Below, in pieces: positions 39,181-50,198 of a stretch of DNA of 64,000 bases. The DNA comes from an uncultured Actinomycetes bacterium. Its GTDB lineage: Bacteria > Actinomycetota > Thermoleophilia > UBA2241. How positions within the stretch are numbered: position 1 is the stretch's first letter; each line of letters starts with the position of its first letter. Under the pieces are notes generated by a model. That model made no database searches. It was not told where the DNA came from and saw only the letters and a list, made by a program, of their open reading frames with translations. The position numbers and the translations under genes are program-made. The stretch spans positions 96,001 to 160,000 of the forward strand of contig CAVRZA010000011.1 in NCBI GenBank assembly GCA_963725665.1, given 5' to 3'.

Positions 39181-40224
39181 TCAGGGCACGTTCCACACCT
39201 GCGTGCCCAACGGACAGCGGGCGTACAGCCACAGGATGTTGGCGTTGGCGAGCCGTGTGCACCCGTGTGAGTAGCCGCGCGGAAAGCGGCTCAGTAGCCA
39301 GGGCTCGTTGGTGCCGTGGATGGCGAACAGGCCGAGGTAGCGCATGCGCCGAGGGCCGTAGGCGCCGCTCATGGAGGGATCCTTGGCGTAGATCCTGAAG
39401 TGGCCGAGCGGTGTCGGCGTCGACGGCTTGCCGAGCACGCAGTTGAAGGCGCGCACGATGTGCCCGTGCTCGTGGTAGTACAGCCGGTACTGTGACTTGT
39501 CGGCGACGATGAAGTGCGCCGGTCGCACCGGGATGTCGTAGGGGTTGCCGTCCTTCACCTTCACGATCACCCTCGTCCCCAGCCCGTCGGCGTGGTCGGC
39601 ATCGGCTGCCATCGCGAGGCGGAACGCAGAGGATCCGACGGCCTTCGGCCGCCAGCGATATGTCGCTCTCGACTGCTGATCGAGCGTGAGCGTCTGCCAG
39701 GCGGTCCAGACCCCGTCGACGCGGCGCTGGAGCACGACAGTGGCTCCGGGATGCACCGGCACCACGCGCGCAGCGAACTTGACGGTGGCGCCGCTGTACG
39801 CCCACGTGGGCGCAGTGAGCGTCAGACGCGGCCGGACCGAGACCATGGTCTCGGCCGCGGCCGCGTCCCACACGGCATCGCCGACGTACTCGACCCTGTA
39901 GGTGGTGTTCCAGAGCGGTGAAGGCGTCAATGAGGCCGTCCCGGCGACGTCCGCCGTGATGCTGCGCACGACCGTGAACGAATCCTCACCGGCGCGCATG
40001 CGGCTCACGGTCAGCGTGGCTCCCGGCACATCGATGGTGCTGCTGAGGGTCACGGCCTGCCCGGCCGTGCAAACGGCGGGCGAGGCGGTGAGAGACAGCG
40101 TCGGCGCGGCCGCCTGCGCGGCGAGCGCGGCGACCGGCAGCGCGGTCGCGGCCAGGGCGATCACGGCCAATGACACGATCGGTCGAGCCCACGTCGCTCC
40201 CATGAAGTCACCGGTGCGATGCAT
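39181..40224 (-). CDS. Secreted L,D-transpeptidase (YkuD domain) with Ig-like domains
   Basis: Signal peptide; TPTPLG, FAIHGT, SHGCTRL. Confidence 0.9.
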   Translation of the reverse strand: MHRTGDFMGATWARPIVSLAVIALAATALPVAALAAQAAAPTLSLTASPAVCTAGQAVTLSSTIDVPGATLTVSRMRAGEDSFTVVRSITADVAGTASLTPSPLWNTTYRVEYVGDAVWDAAAAETMVSVRPRLTLTAPTWAYSGATVKFAARVVPVHPGATVVLQRRVDGVWTAWQTLTLDQQSRATYRWRPKAVGSSAFRLAMAADADHADGLGTRVIVKVKDGNPYDIPVRPAHFIVADKSQYRLYYHEHGHIVRAFNCVLGKPSTPTPLGHFRIYAKDPSMSGAYGPRRMRYLGLFAIHGTNEPWLLSRFPRGYSHGCTRLANANILWLYARCPLGTQVWNVP

Positions 40225-40392
40225 CTGCTCGTGCTCCTCCCCTGTGGACCTTGGTCGTCAGCGGGCCAAGCGCGGCGGCCGGCGCCATTCCCGATCGGCG
40301 CGTCGTGGAGAGGCTCGGGCCACGCCCGCGGAATGCAAGGAGCAAGTACGACGGCGCCCGGCCGCTTCCTCTGACGTGAAGGTGCTGCGGCC

Positions 40393-40710
40393 CTACTGCA
40401 GCAAGGCCGAGATCACGGGCCCCACGAAGAAGACAGCGATCGAGAACAACAACAGGCAGAGACCGCGACGCGGGCTCACGAGGGAGCCGGCGTCGCCGCC
40501 GACGTTGCGGATCGACTCTGGCAACCCGAGGTTGAATCCCGTCAGGAGCGAGAGAGCAAAGGCGGCCCCGATCAGGCCGACCGCCCAGTCGACGGTCACG
40601 CTGACCTCCGCGGCGCCCAGCGCACGGCACACAGCCCAGGCCGCGACGTCGAAGACAAGACCTGCTCCGAACCACACGACGAAGACACCGCTGCCCAGAC
40701 GCCTGCTCAT
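40393..40710 (-). CDS. Hypothetical membrane protein
   Basis: Three hydrophobic segments; GGAGGGG RBS. Confidence 0.55.
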   Translation of the reverse strand: MSRRLGSGVFVVWFGAGLVFDVAAWAVCRALGAAEVSVTVDWAVGLIGAAFALSLLTGFNLGLPESIRNVGGDAGSLVSPRRGLCLLLFSIAVFFVGPVISALLQ

Positions 40711-40828
40711 CCCCTCCGTCCCGACCTTCGCGAGCCGCCGCCCCCGCTGACGCGAGACGCCGTCGTCTCCCGAAGGTCAATCGGTCGGGCAAGCCGACGG
40801 GTTTAGGCCCAGGAACACTACTGCGACA

Positions 40829-41467
40829 GTGGAGACTCCACCCTTGGGGGTACGCTCGTTGACTACCAGTCGACTCGAGGCCTTCAGCGACGCCGTCATC
40901 GCCATCCTCATCACGATCATGGTGCTCAGTCTCAGGGTGCCGAAAGGCACCGCCCTGAGTGACCTGCGCCCGGTCGTACCGGTGTTCCTCACCTACGTGC
41001 TGAGCTTCGTCTACCTTGCCATCTACTGGAACAACCACCACCACATGCTGCACGTGACGGAGCGCGTCACCGGGGCCGTCCTCTGGGCCAACATGCATCT
41101 GCTGTTCTGGCTGTCTCTCGTCCCCTTCGTCACCGGCTGGATGGGGGAGAACCATTTCGCCTCCACGCCGGCCGCGCTCTACGGCGTCGTGCTGCTCCTG
41201 GCGGCGATCGCTTACTACATCCTGGTGCGCGCCATCATCGCCGGCCAGGGCGAGGGTTCGTTGCTGGCCCAGGCCATCGGCGGCGACCTGAAGGGCAAGA
41301 TCTCCATTGTCCTCTACGCCGTTGCGATACCAGCGGCGTTCTTGCAGGCGTGGATCGCCTACGGCGTCTACGTCGCCGTCGCGCTGGTCTGGCTCGTTCC
41401 CGACAAACGCATCGAGCGCGTCATGGCGGCGGAGCAAGAGCGGCGGGTGGCGAACGCCCCGCGATGA
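40829..41467 (+). CDS. TMEM175 family (DUF1211) potassium channel
   Basis: RLEAFSDAVIAILITIMVL, YWNNHHH. Confidence 0.92.
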   Translation: METPPLGVRSLTTSRLEAFSDAVIAILITIMVLSLRVPKGTALSDLRPVVPVFLTYVLSFVYLAIYWNNHHHMLHVTERVTGAVLWANMHLLFWLSLVPFVTGWMGENHFASTPAALYGVVLLLAAIAYYILVRAIIAGQGEGSLLAQAIGGDLKGKISIVLYAVAIPAAFLQAWIAYGVYVAVALVWLVPDKRIERVMAAEQERRVANAPR

Positions 41468-41483
41468 CGACGGAAGGAGCGGC

Positions 41484-42038
41484 ATGACCGAGGAAGCTCG
41501 TCTAGCGGAGACCCCCGCAGGTCTCGTCCCCGCATCGGAAGGCTGGTTTGTCGTGAACCTCCACGATGCGATCTGGTACGACGACGACACGTTCGGGTCG
41601 GTCTGCCACTTCGAGGGGACCGACCTCGAGTTCGAGCAGCTCGGCATCAACGTCCGGGTCCTTGAGCCGGGGCAACCTAACGGGCGCTACCACGCCGAGT
41701 CCAACCAGGAGGACTTCCTCGTGCTCGCCGGCGAGTGCCTACTGCTCGTCGAGGGCCAGGAGAGACGGCTCAAGGCGTGGGACTTCGTGCACAGCGCGCC
41801 GGGTACCGAACACATCTTCGTCGGCGCCGGCGAGGGCCCGTGCATCATCCTCATGGCCGGCAGGCGGACAACGGACAGGACCATCGTCTACCCCGTGTCG
41901 GAGCTGGCCCTGAAGCACAAGGCGGGCGTCGCCAAGGAGACGACGTCGCCGGCGGAGGCCTACGCGGAGTTCGAGTTCCCGGGACCGGGACGGCCCAGAA
42001 GCTGGGACGAGCTTCCCTGGAGCCGCGCGAGAGACTAG
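41484..42038 (+). CDS. Cupin domain protein
   Basis: YHAESNQEDFLVLAGEC...PGTEHIFVGAG; GGAAGGAG RBS. Confidence 0.85.
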   Translation: MTEEARLAETPAGLVPASEGWFVVNLHDAIWYDDDTFGSVCHFEGTDLEFEQLGINVRVLEPGQPNGRYHAESNQEDFLVLAGECLLLVEGQERRLKAWDFVHSAPGTEHIFVGAGEGPCIILMAGRRTTDRTIVYPVSELALKHKAGVAKETTSPAEAYAEFEFPGPGRPRSWDELPWSRARD

Positions 42039-42303
42039 GCCGTCCGGCGGCTCACTCCCACCTAGTCGGGCCTGCGCTCGGATGCAGACGCGCCCGGAAC
42101 GACGCGTAGGATCCCGATCATGACCAGCAGCGCCCACACCTAGCACGTAACGCCCCGCCGCGCCTCTCATCGTGTGCCACCCACGGTCATGTTGGTATCT
42201 TGTAGGAGGAGCGGCGCCGACGGCGACACGGACGCCGGTCGCATCGACGCCCAAAACGCGGCGAGACGCGACGCTCGCACGCCCCGTCGCCATGAGGAGG
42301 CAA

Positions 42304-43095
42304 GTGGCAGACCAGCTCACCTACTTCGGGCACGCCACCGTCCTGCTCGAGCTCGACGGCGCCCGCGTGTTGACCGACCCAGTCCTGCGCCGTCACGTCG
42401 GCCCTCTCGTGCGGCGCTCGCCACGGCCGCACGCTGCGCTGTTGACGAACCTCGACGCGATCCTCATCTCGCACCTGCACCTCGACCACTACGACCCGCC
42501 CTCGCTGCGGCGGCTCGATCGCGCGACGCCGATCGTGGGGCCCAGGGGCGGCGCCCGGCCGCTCGCGCGACTTGGTTTCACCGACGTGCACGAGCTGTCG
42601 CCGGGTGAAGAGACCGAGGTCGGTGCGCTGCGAGTGGTGGCGACTGCGGCCGTGCACGAGAAGAGCCGCCACCCCCTGAGCCGCGCGGCCGATTGTGTCG
42701 GGTTCGTCGTCGCCGGCAGTCTCTCGGCGTACTTCGCCGGCGACACGGCGCTGTTTCCGGAGATGGAAGGTCTCTGGGCCGGTCTCGACGTCGCACTGCT
42801 GCCCATCGCGGGCTGGGGGCTCACGCTCCCCGAAGGGGAGCACATGGGCCCCCTCCAGGCCGCCCGCGCGTTGCGGCTCCTGCGGCCGCGGCTCGCAGTG
42901 CCCGTCCACTGGGGGACGTTCGGGCTTCCTGGGACAGGCCTGGGGCGCCGCGGCCGCGCAACGGCGGCCGCGGCGCCCGTCACTTTCCGCCGTCACGCAG
43001 CTCAGCTGGCGCCCGATGTCGCCGTCGCGCTCCTGCGCCCCGGCGAGACGCTGCAGCTGGCGGAGGCCCTCGGTCCGCGTAGCGACGTGACGTGA
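42304..43095 (+). CDS. MBL-fold metallo-hydrolase
   Basis: YFGHAT, SHLHLDH, YFAGDT, PVHWGT. Confidence 0.88.
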   Translation: MADQLTYFGHATVLLELDGARVLTDPVLRRHVGPLVRRSPRPHAALLTNLDAILISHLHLDHYDPPSLRRLDRATPIVGPRGGARPLARLGFTDVHELSPGEETEVGALRVVATAAVHEKSRHPLSRAADCVGFVVAGSLSAYFAGDTALFPEMEGLWAGLDVALLPIAGWGLTLPEGEHMGPLQAARALRLLRPRLAVPVHWGTFGLPGTGLGRRGRATAAAAPVTFRRHAAQLAPDVAVALLRPGETLQLAEALGPRSDVT

Positions 43096-43112
43096 CGGGG
43101 GGTGCGGGGCGG

Positions 43113-44816
43113 CTACGCCGCCTCGCGCATCCTCAGGTCGGCCAGGTACTGGTGGCAGAAACGGACCGCGACCGCCCCCTCGCCGACGGCCGCCGCGACG
43201 CGTTTGACCGACCCGTGGCGCACGTCGCCGACGGCAAAGACACCCGGCATGCTCGTCTCGAGGGGGTAAGGTGCGCGGCCGGCCGCGAACAGCGGCCGGC
43301 CGCCCTCGGCCACTCCGGCCTCGAGCAGGTCCGATCCCGTGAGGATGAAGCCTTCTTCGTCGCGCAGGATGCTCTCCGACAGCCACTCGGTGTGCGGCTG
43401 GGCGCCGATCATGACGAAGAGGCCGGCGGCCGGGACGGTGCGCCGTTCGCCCGTGGTGAGGTTCTCGATCGTGAGCTGCTCCAGCCGGCCGTACCCCTCG
43501 CCGTCGACGATCTCACTGTGCGGCACGAGCGTCACGTTGGCCGCTCCCTCGAGGCGGGTCGTGAGGTAGCGCGACATGGTGTCTTCGAGACCCTCCTTGC
43601 GTACCACAAGGGTGACGCTGTGTGCGTACTTGGCCATGTGCAGCGCCGCCTGCCCGGCCGAGTTGCCCCCGCCCACGACGAACACGTCTGCACCTTCCAA
43701 CGTGCGCGCCTCAGTCGAGACGGCGCCGTAGTAGACCCCGGCCCCGGCGAGCTCGTCCAGCTTCGGGATACCGAGTCGCCGTAGTGGATGCCGCTGGCGA
43801 TCACCACCGTCTTGGGCGCAGAGCTCAGTCCCGTCGGCCAGCACGACCACGTGCCCGTCGCCCTCCGACGCGGATGTCCGTCGCCTCGTTGGCGAACAGG
43901 AAACGCGTGCCGAACGCCCACGCCTGCTGGTAGGCGCGTGCCGCCAGCTCGTCGCCGCTGATGCCACCCGGGAAGCCGAGGTAGTTCGCGATCAGGCTGC
44001 TCTGGCCCGCCTGACCGCCGATCGCATCACGCTCCAGAACGGTCGTGAAGAGTCCCTCAGAGGAGGCGTAGACGGCTGCGGCCAGGCCGGCCGGGCCGGC
44101 GCCGACGACGACAAGGTCGCATCCATCTCCCTCGGGCTGGCTCCTCACTCCGATGGCCTCGGCCAGCTCGCGGTTCGTAGGGGTCCTCGAGCACCTTGCC
44201 GCCGAAGACCACCGCCACAGGCAACGAGACGGCTCGGTCCAGACCGTTGTCCGCAAGAACCTCCTCGCCCTCCGACGAGTCGACCGGGTAGAAGCCGTAG
44301 GGCACGCCGTTGCGTTTCAGGACGTCGCGCAGCTCGTGGGCTCGCGCCGACCACCGCTCGGCCACGATCTTGACCGCCTCGAAGACCGGCTGATTCGCCC
44401 GGGACCACTGGTAGAGCTGGTCCGAGATCTCGTGATGGAAGCGCTCGTCGGTCCCCGAGTGCCACGGCTTGTTCATGAAGAACTCGATGAGGCCGTAGGC
44501 GCAGCTGTGATAGATCGTCTCAGGCGAACTCGAGTCGCCCCAGTTGACCAGCATCACGCGTCTGGCGAGCGGATCGATGAAACGCACGCGGCCGAGCAGG
44601 TCGTCGCCTCCCATCTCCGGCATCCACTGGTCGGCCAGCACCAGGGCGATGGGCTGGCCGGCCTCGTGTCGGCGCTCGAAGGTCCTCGAGTGCGGCCTTG
44701 GCCGACTGCTTGGTCACCACGCGGTAGGCGTGCTCGTAGCGGCTGCGCAGCTCGCGGTCGAGGATCGCCAAGCTCGTCAGGTCGTCGTCGACCGCCATGA
44801 TCACGGGCAGGTCCAC
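43113..44816 (-). CDS. Receiver-domain + thioredoxin-reductase-like FAD oxidoreductase (about 4 frameshifts)
   Basis: VIMAVDDD...LADQWMPEMGG; VVGAGPAGLAAAVYASSEGL; VVGGGNSAGQAA; GDVRHGSVKRVA in successive frames. Confidence 0.82.
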
Positions 44817-44965
44817 GGTGGTCCCCCTTGTTGCGGATACCCGGCACGTTCTGGTGACGGGATTGCCTGCGTTGCGAAAGAGGAAACCCGTTGCCGCCGC
44901 AGCCTTGCGCGACTCGGCCTATGGACGCGAAGGTCCGACCCCCATGGCCAGGGGCCCTCGGGGTT

Positions 44966-45409
44966 CTACGGCTCGAGCACCTCGAAACCCAGCTCGACGT
45001 CGTGGGCGCGTCGCGCCCCGCTGGCGACGAGCTCGATGACGATGGCCTCACCGACGACCCAGGTGACGACGCCGCGGCGGATGCAGCCGGCCACGGCCTG
45101 GTCGTCGCGGCCGAAGGCGGCGTGCAGGTGGAGCACGGGGCGGCCGGCGTCGTCGGGAAAGATCGTCCCGACGCCGGCCGCCTCGTGCACGTCGTGCAGC
45201 ACGCGCTCCAGAGGCACGACGGGAGCGGCAGCGCCATCCTCGGGGCCGACGACCAGCCGACTGCCCTTGCCGGCGCCGCCGAGGAGGATCACGGCGGCGC
45301 GCTCGATGCCCGCACTGCGAGCGGCTTCCTCGATGCTCTCATGGACGATGTCGCCGTCTTCAAGGCGCACGACGAGGACGCGTCCCAGCCTCGCCTCTGA
45401 GTACTTCAC
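44966..45409 (-). CDS. PPC/DUF296 domain protein
   Basis: VVRLEDGD, GVGTI, PVLHLHAAFGR. Confidence 0.85.
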   Translation of the reverse strand: MKYSEARLGRVLVVRLEDGDIVHESIEEAARSAGIERAAVILLGGAGKGSRLVVGPEDGAAAPVVPLERVLHDVHEAAGVGTIFPDDAGRPVLHLHAAFGRDDQAVAGCIRRGVVTWVVGEAIVIELVASGARRAHDVELGFEVLEP

Positions 45410-45519
45410 CGCCGATCTCCGTTCCCAGCCGTCCAGCCCGACGCCGACACGCGGCGGACGTCGATGGGGCATGGTACCGTCCGGGGTAGTCCGGTGTCAC
45501 TGTGCTACCGTTGCCTCCC

Positions 45520-47991
45520 ATGGACCCGGATGTCATGGACCCTGATGTCATGCTGCCCGATGCCCTGAGCTTCTTCGCCACCTGCCCCAAGGCGACCGAG
45601 GAACTGGTCGAGGCCGAGCTGCTGGCGCTGGGCGCGGGCGCAGCCCGCGCCCAGCGCGCGGGGGTCTCATTCCACGGGCCGCTCGCCCTGGCCTATCGCG
45701 CCTGCCTGTGGTCGCGGCTCGCGAGCCGCATCCTGTTGCCGCTGGCCAGCTTCGCGGCCGCTGATGAGCAGCAGCTCTACGACGCGGTGCGGGGCATCGA
45801 CTGGACGGCGCATCTCGAGCCGGCCGGCACCCTCGCGGTCGACGTCGCCGCCGCGCGCCCGCCAAAGGAGCTCGCCCACTCGCACTTCGTCGCGCAAAGG
45901 GTCAAGGATGCGGTCGTGGACCAGTTCCGCGAACGCTTCGGGCAGCGGCCGTCGGTCGACGTGCGCCGGCCCGACGTGCGCCTGAACCTGTACCAGAGGG
46001 GCGCTGCGGCGACGCTGAGTCTCGACCTCTCCGGGGAGAGCCTGCACCGGCGCGGATACCGTGAGGAGGGCGAGCAGATCGCGGCGCCGCTCAAGGAGAA
46101 CCTGGCGGCGGCGATCCTGGTGCGCGCCGGCTGGCCGGAGATGGTGAGCAGTGGGCGCTCCGACCTGTTGGAGGAGGGGACACCCGCGCTGGTCGATCCG
46201 CTCTGTGGCTCCGGCACACTCCTCATCGAGGGCGCCTTGATGGCGGCCGACATCGCGCCCGGACTCCTGCGCGCGACGGACGGCCGCTTCGGCTTCGTGC
46301 GCTGGAAGAGACACGACCCGGCGCTGTGGGATGACCTGGTGGCCGAGGCGCGCGAGCGGCGCGCAGCCGGGCTGGCCCGGCTGCGCGCCGCTCGCGCGCG
46401 AGCCGGTGGCCGGCAGCTCTTCGTCGGCTACGACAACGACTCGCGCGCCGTAAGGCTGGCGCAGGCAAACGTGAAGCGGGCCGGGCTCGGGGGCGTGGTG
46501 GATGTCGTGCAGCGGGAGCTGGCGGCGCTCGCGCCGCCAGCTCCCGCTGCAGCACCGACCGCCGCGCCTGGTAGCGCCGCAGGCTCCAGCGCGCCCCCCC
46601 AAGTCAGCTCACCTCCCGGCCTCGTCGTCACCAACCCGCCCTACGGCCAGCGCCTCGAGAGCACGACGGCCGAGATCGTCGGCCTCTACTCCACCCTGGG
46701 CGAGCGGCTGCGCGCCGGCTTCGCCGGTTGGCGCGCAGCCGTGCTCGTGGGCGACCGCTCGCTCGGCTACCAGCTCGGCATGCGCGCCGCCAAGCTCAAC
46801 ACGCTCTACAACGGCGCGCTCAAAGTGACGCTGCTGCGGTTCGAGATCCCCGGCAAGGACGCAGACGGGCGGGCTCCGGCCGGAGCGCGGCTCCTTGACG
46901 GGCGGAGCCGAACAGCGCCGTGAAGGATGCGCCGGCGGCACGGGTCGCGGGTCCTTCCGTCGTCGCCGCGCGGACATCGACGACTTCGCCAACCGCCTGC
47001 GCAAGAACGCGCGTCACTGGGGCCGCACCATGCGGCGTCAGAACGTCACCTGCTTTCGCGTGTACGACGCCGACCTGCCCGACTACGCTTTCGCCATCGA
47101 CCTGTACGAGGAGGCGAACGCCCGGGATACCGAGACGACGGAAGACGGCGCGCGGGCGCCGGCACGCACACGTTCAGGAGTACGCCGCACCGCCCGAGAT
47201 CGAACCGGCGAAGGCGCAGGCGCGCCTGCGAGCGGCGCTGCGCGTCATACCCGAGGTCCTCCAGCTCGAGCCGCGGAACGTCCACCTCAAGGTCCGCAGG
47301 CGACAGCGCGGCGCGGCGCAGTACGAGCGCCAATCGACAGTAGGCAGGTTCTTCGAGGTTCACGAAGGGGAGCTGCGCTTCTTCGTGAACCTCACCGACT
47401 TCCTCGACACGGGGCTCTTTCTCGACGGCCGCCTCACGCGCGCCCTCCTGAGAGACACGGCGAGAGGAGCGCACGTCCTCAACCTGTTCGCCTACACGGC
47501 GGCCGCGACTGTCGCTGCCGGCAAGGGCGGCGCCGCGAGCACGACCTCGGTCGATCTCTCGCGCACCTACCTCGACTGGGCGCGCCGCAACCTCGAGCTC
47601 AACAAGCTCAAACCGAGCCGCAACCGGCTCGTGCAGGCCGACGCGCTCGAGTGGATCGGTCGCCCGCACGACGGCTCGCCCGACGCGCCGCGGCGAGTAC
47701 GACCTCGTCTACCTCGACCCGCCCACCTTCTCGAACTCGAAGAGGATGGGACGGGCGACCTTCGATGTGGCGCGCGACCACGCGGATCTCATCCGCGTGG
47801 TCGCGCGCCGTCTGCTGCGTCCCGGGGGCACGCTGCTCTTCGCCGGCAACGCGCGGCGCTTGCGCATGGAGGTCGAGGCCTTGACTTCGTCCGGCCTCGA
47901 CCTCCACGACCTGAGCGCCGCCACGCTGCCGCCGGACTTCGCCCGCTCCGCACGCGCGCATCACCTGTGGCGGATCACGGCCAGGAGCTGA
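45520..47991 (+). CDS. rlmKL: Bifunctional 23S rRNA methyltransferase RlmKL (several frameshifts near 46900-46965, 47155, 47690)
   Basis: CLWSRLASR, SLHRRGYR, APLKENLAAA, TNPPYG; FANRLRKN, YDADLPDY, DTGLFLD, LNLFAYT, DPPTFSNSK. Confidence 0.88.
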
Positions 47992-48066
47992 GCGGCGCCG
48001 AGAGCTCCCAAAGGAGCGGGACCGCCGACCCGGCCAGCGTCCGTCAACCTTGGTAGACTCCTCCTC

Positions 48067-50190
48067 GTGTCTTCTCCTGGCCGAGTGCTCCCCGTCACAC
48101 CTGCGGCCGTCGTGCTCCGCGACGTCTTCGGCTTCCCCTCGTTCCGTCCACAGCAGGAGGAGATCATCGAGTACGTGATCGGCGGGGGAAGCTGCTTCAT
48201 CCTCATGCCGACCGGCGGCGGCAAGTCACTGTGCTATCAGATCCCGGCCATGGTGCGTCCCGGCGTCGGCATCGTGGTCTCGCCGCTCATCTCGCTGATG
48301 AAGGACCAGGTCGACGCGCTACGCGCCAACGGTGTGCGAGCCGAGTTCTACAACTCGTCGCTCGAATCGGCCCCGGCGCGCAAGGTGCTGGCGCGCCTGC
48401 ACGCCGGCGTGCTCGACTTGCTCTACGTGGCGCCCGAGCGGCTCATGACCGAGGGGTTCCTCCAGCGCCTGCGCGGGCGGGACGGCGGAGTCATTACCGA
48501 CGGCGGCAGCGGCCTCGAGACCGACCCTGGCATCCCCATCGCCCTCTTCGCCATCGACGAGGCGCACTGCGTCTCGCAGTGGGGACACGACTTCCGTCCC
48601 GAGTACATCGACCTCGGACGCCTGCGCGGCCTCTTCCCCGAGGTGCCGGTCGTGGCCTGCACCGCCACGGCCGATCCAGAGACGCGCGACGACGTGCGCC
48701 GCCGCCTCGGCCTGGCCGATGCGCCCCTCTACGTGGCCGGCTTCGACCGGCCCAACATCAGGTACACGGTCGTGGAGAAGAGTCACCCCTCGGAGCAGCT
48801 CCTCGCCTTCCTGAAGCAGCACGAGGGCGAAGCCGGCATCGTCTACTGCCTGAGCCGCAAGCGCACCGAGGAGGTGGCCGAGCGGCTGGCGGCGGCCGGC
48901 TTGCCGGCCGCCGCCTATCACGCCGGGCTCCCCGCAGCCGAGCGCGAGCGCGTGCAGGAGGCCTTCGTGCGCGACGAGATCCTCATCGTCGTCGCCACCG
49001 TGGCCTTCGGCATGGGCATCGACAAGCCCGACGTGCGCTTCGTCGTGCACTACGACCTGCCCAAGACCATCGAGAGCTACTACCAGGAGACGGGGCGGGC
49101 AGGCCGGGACGGCCTGCCCGCCGAAGCCCTCTTGCTCTTCGGCCTCGCCGACGTGGGCATCGCTCGCGGGCTCATCGAGATGGGCGACAACGCCGAGCGC
49201 ACCCGCATCGAGGCGCACAAGCTCAACGCCATGGTCGGCTTCGCCGAGGCCACCGCCTGCCGCCGCCGCGTGCTGCTGGGCTACTTCGGCGAGCGCCTCG
49301 GCGACGACTGCGGCAACTGCGACGTCTGCCTCGATCCGCCTGAGACCTACGACGCCACCGAAGATGCGCGTAAGGCGCTCTCGTGCGTCTACCGGCTGCG
49401 CCAGCGCTTCGGTATGGGCCAAGTGATCGACGTGCTGCGCGGCGCCGAGACCGATCGCGTACTGCAGCTCGGACACGACCGCCTCTCGACCTACGGCATC
49501 GGCGCCGACCAGAGCCACGATGCCTGGGCGGGCCTCATCCGCCAGCTCATCCACCACGGCTACCTCGCGCAGGACATCGCCGCCTACTCCGTGCTCAAGC
49601 TCACGCCGGTCGCGGCACCGCTGCTGCGTGGCGAAGAGACGCTGACCCTGGCCCGGCCGCGCACGCGAGTGGCCAGGTCGAAGACGAAGAGGCCGAAGCG
49701 GTCTGCGCCGGCGAAGGCCGCGACCGCGCGGCGGGCTGGGCGGACGGGCGCAGTGGCGGCATCTGCCGCTGCGGGCGCGGACGGGACTCTGGGCGAAGCG
49801 ACAGCCGGCGACACGACCAGCGGCGGCGGGCGGCTCGACCTCGTGCCCGACTGGTACACGGGCGGACGCCCGGCGCTCCTCGACGAGGAACAGGCGAGGG
49901 CTGCGGCCGGCGCGGAGGCGGGCGAAGAGCTCCTCGACTACGACGAGGAGCTCTTCGCCCGCCTCCGCGCCCTGCGCAAGCGCCTCGCCGACGCGCAGCA
50001 TGTGCCGGCGTACGTCGTCTTCAGCGACGTCACCCTGCTCGAGATGGCCGCCGGCAGGCCCACCAGCGACGAGGAGCTGCTCGAGATCACGGGCGTCGGG
50101 CGACACAAGCTCGCGCGCTACGGGCCGGCGTTCCTCGAGGCCATCGCGGGCGACGACCCTCAGCCCGGCGAGGCGGATCCCCCCCTATAA
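48067..50190 (+). CDS. recQ: DNA helicase RecQ
   Basis: MPTGGGKSLCYQ, DEAHCVSQWGHDFRP, QETGRAGRDG, CGNCDVC, HRDC domain. Confidence 0.96.
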   Translation: MSSPGRVLPVTPAAVVLRDVFGFPSFRPQQEEIIEYVIGGGSCFILMPTGGGKSLCYQIPAMVRPGVGIVVSPLISLMKDQVDALRANGVRAEFYNSSLESAPARKVLARLHAGVLDLLYVAPERLMTEGFLQRLRGRDGGVITDGGSGLETDPGIPIALFAIDEAHCVSQWGHDFRPEYIDLGRLRGLFPEVPVVACTATADPETRDDVRRRLGLADAPLYVAGFDRPNIRYTVVEKSHPSEQLLAFLKQHEGEAGIVYCLSRKRTEEVAERLAAAGLPAAAYHAGLPAAERERVQEAFVRDEILIVVATVAFGMGIDKPDVRFVVHYDLPKTIESYYQETGRAGRDGLPAEALLLFGLADVGIARGLIEMGDNAERTRIEAHKLNAMVGFAEATACRRRVLLGYFGERLGDDCGNCDVCLDPPETYDATEDARKALSCVYRLRQRFGMGQVIDVLRGAETDRVLQLGHDRLSTYGIGADQSHDAWAGLIRQLIHHGYLAQDIAAYSVLKLTPVAAPLLRGEETLTLARPRTRVARSKTKRPKRSAPAKAATARRAGRTGAVAASAAAGADGTLGEATAGDTTSGGGRLDLVPDWYTGGRPALLDEEQARAAAGAEAGEELLDYDEELFARLRALRKRLADAQHVPAYVVFSDVTLLEMAAGRPTSDEELLEITGVGRHKLARYGPAFLEAIAGDDPQPGEADPPL

Positions 50191-50198
50191 TGGCCGGC

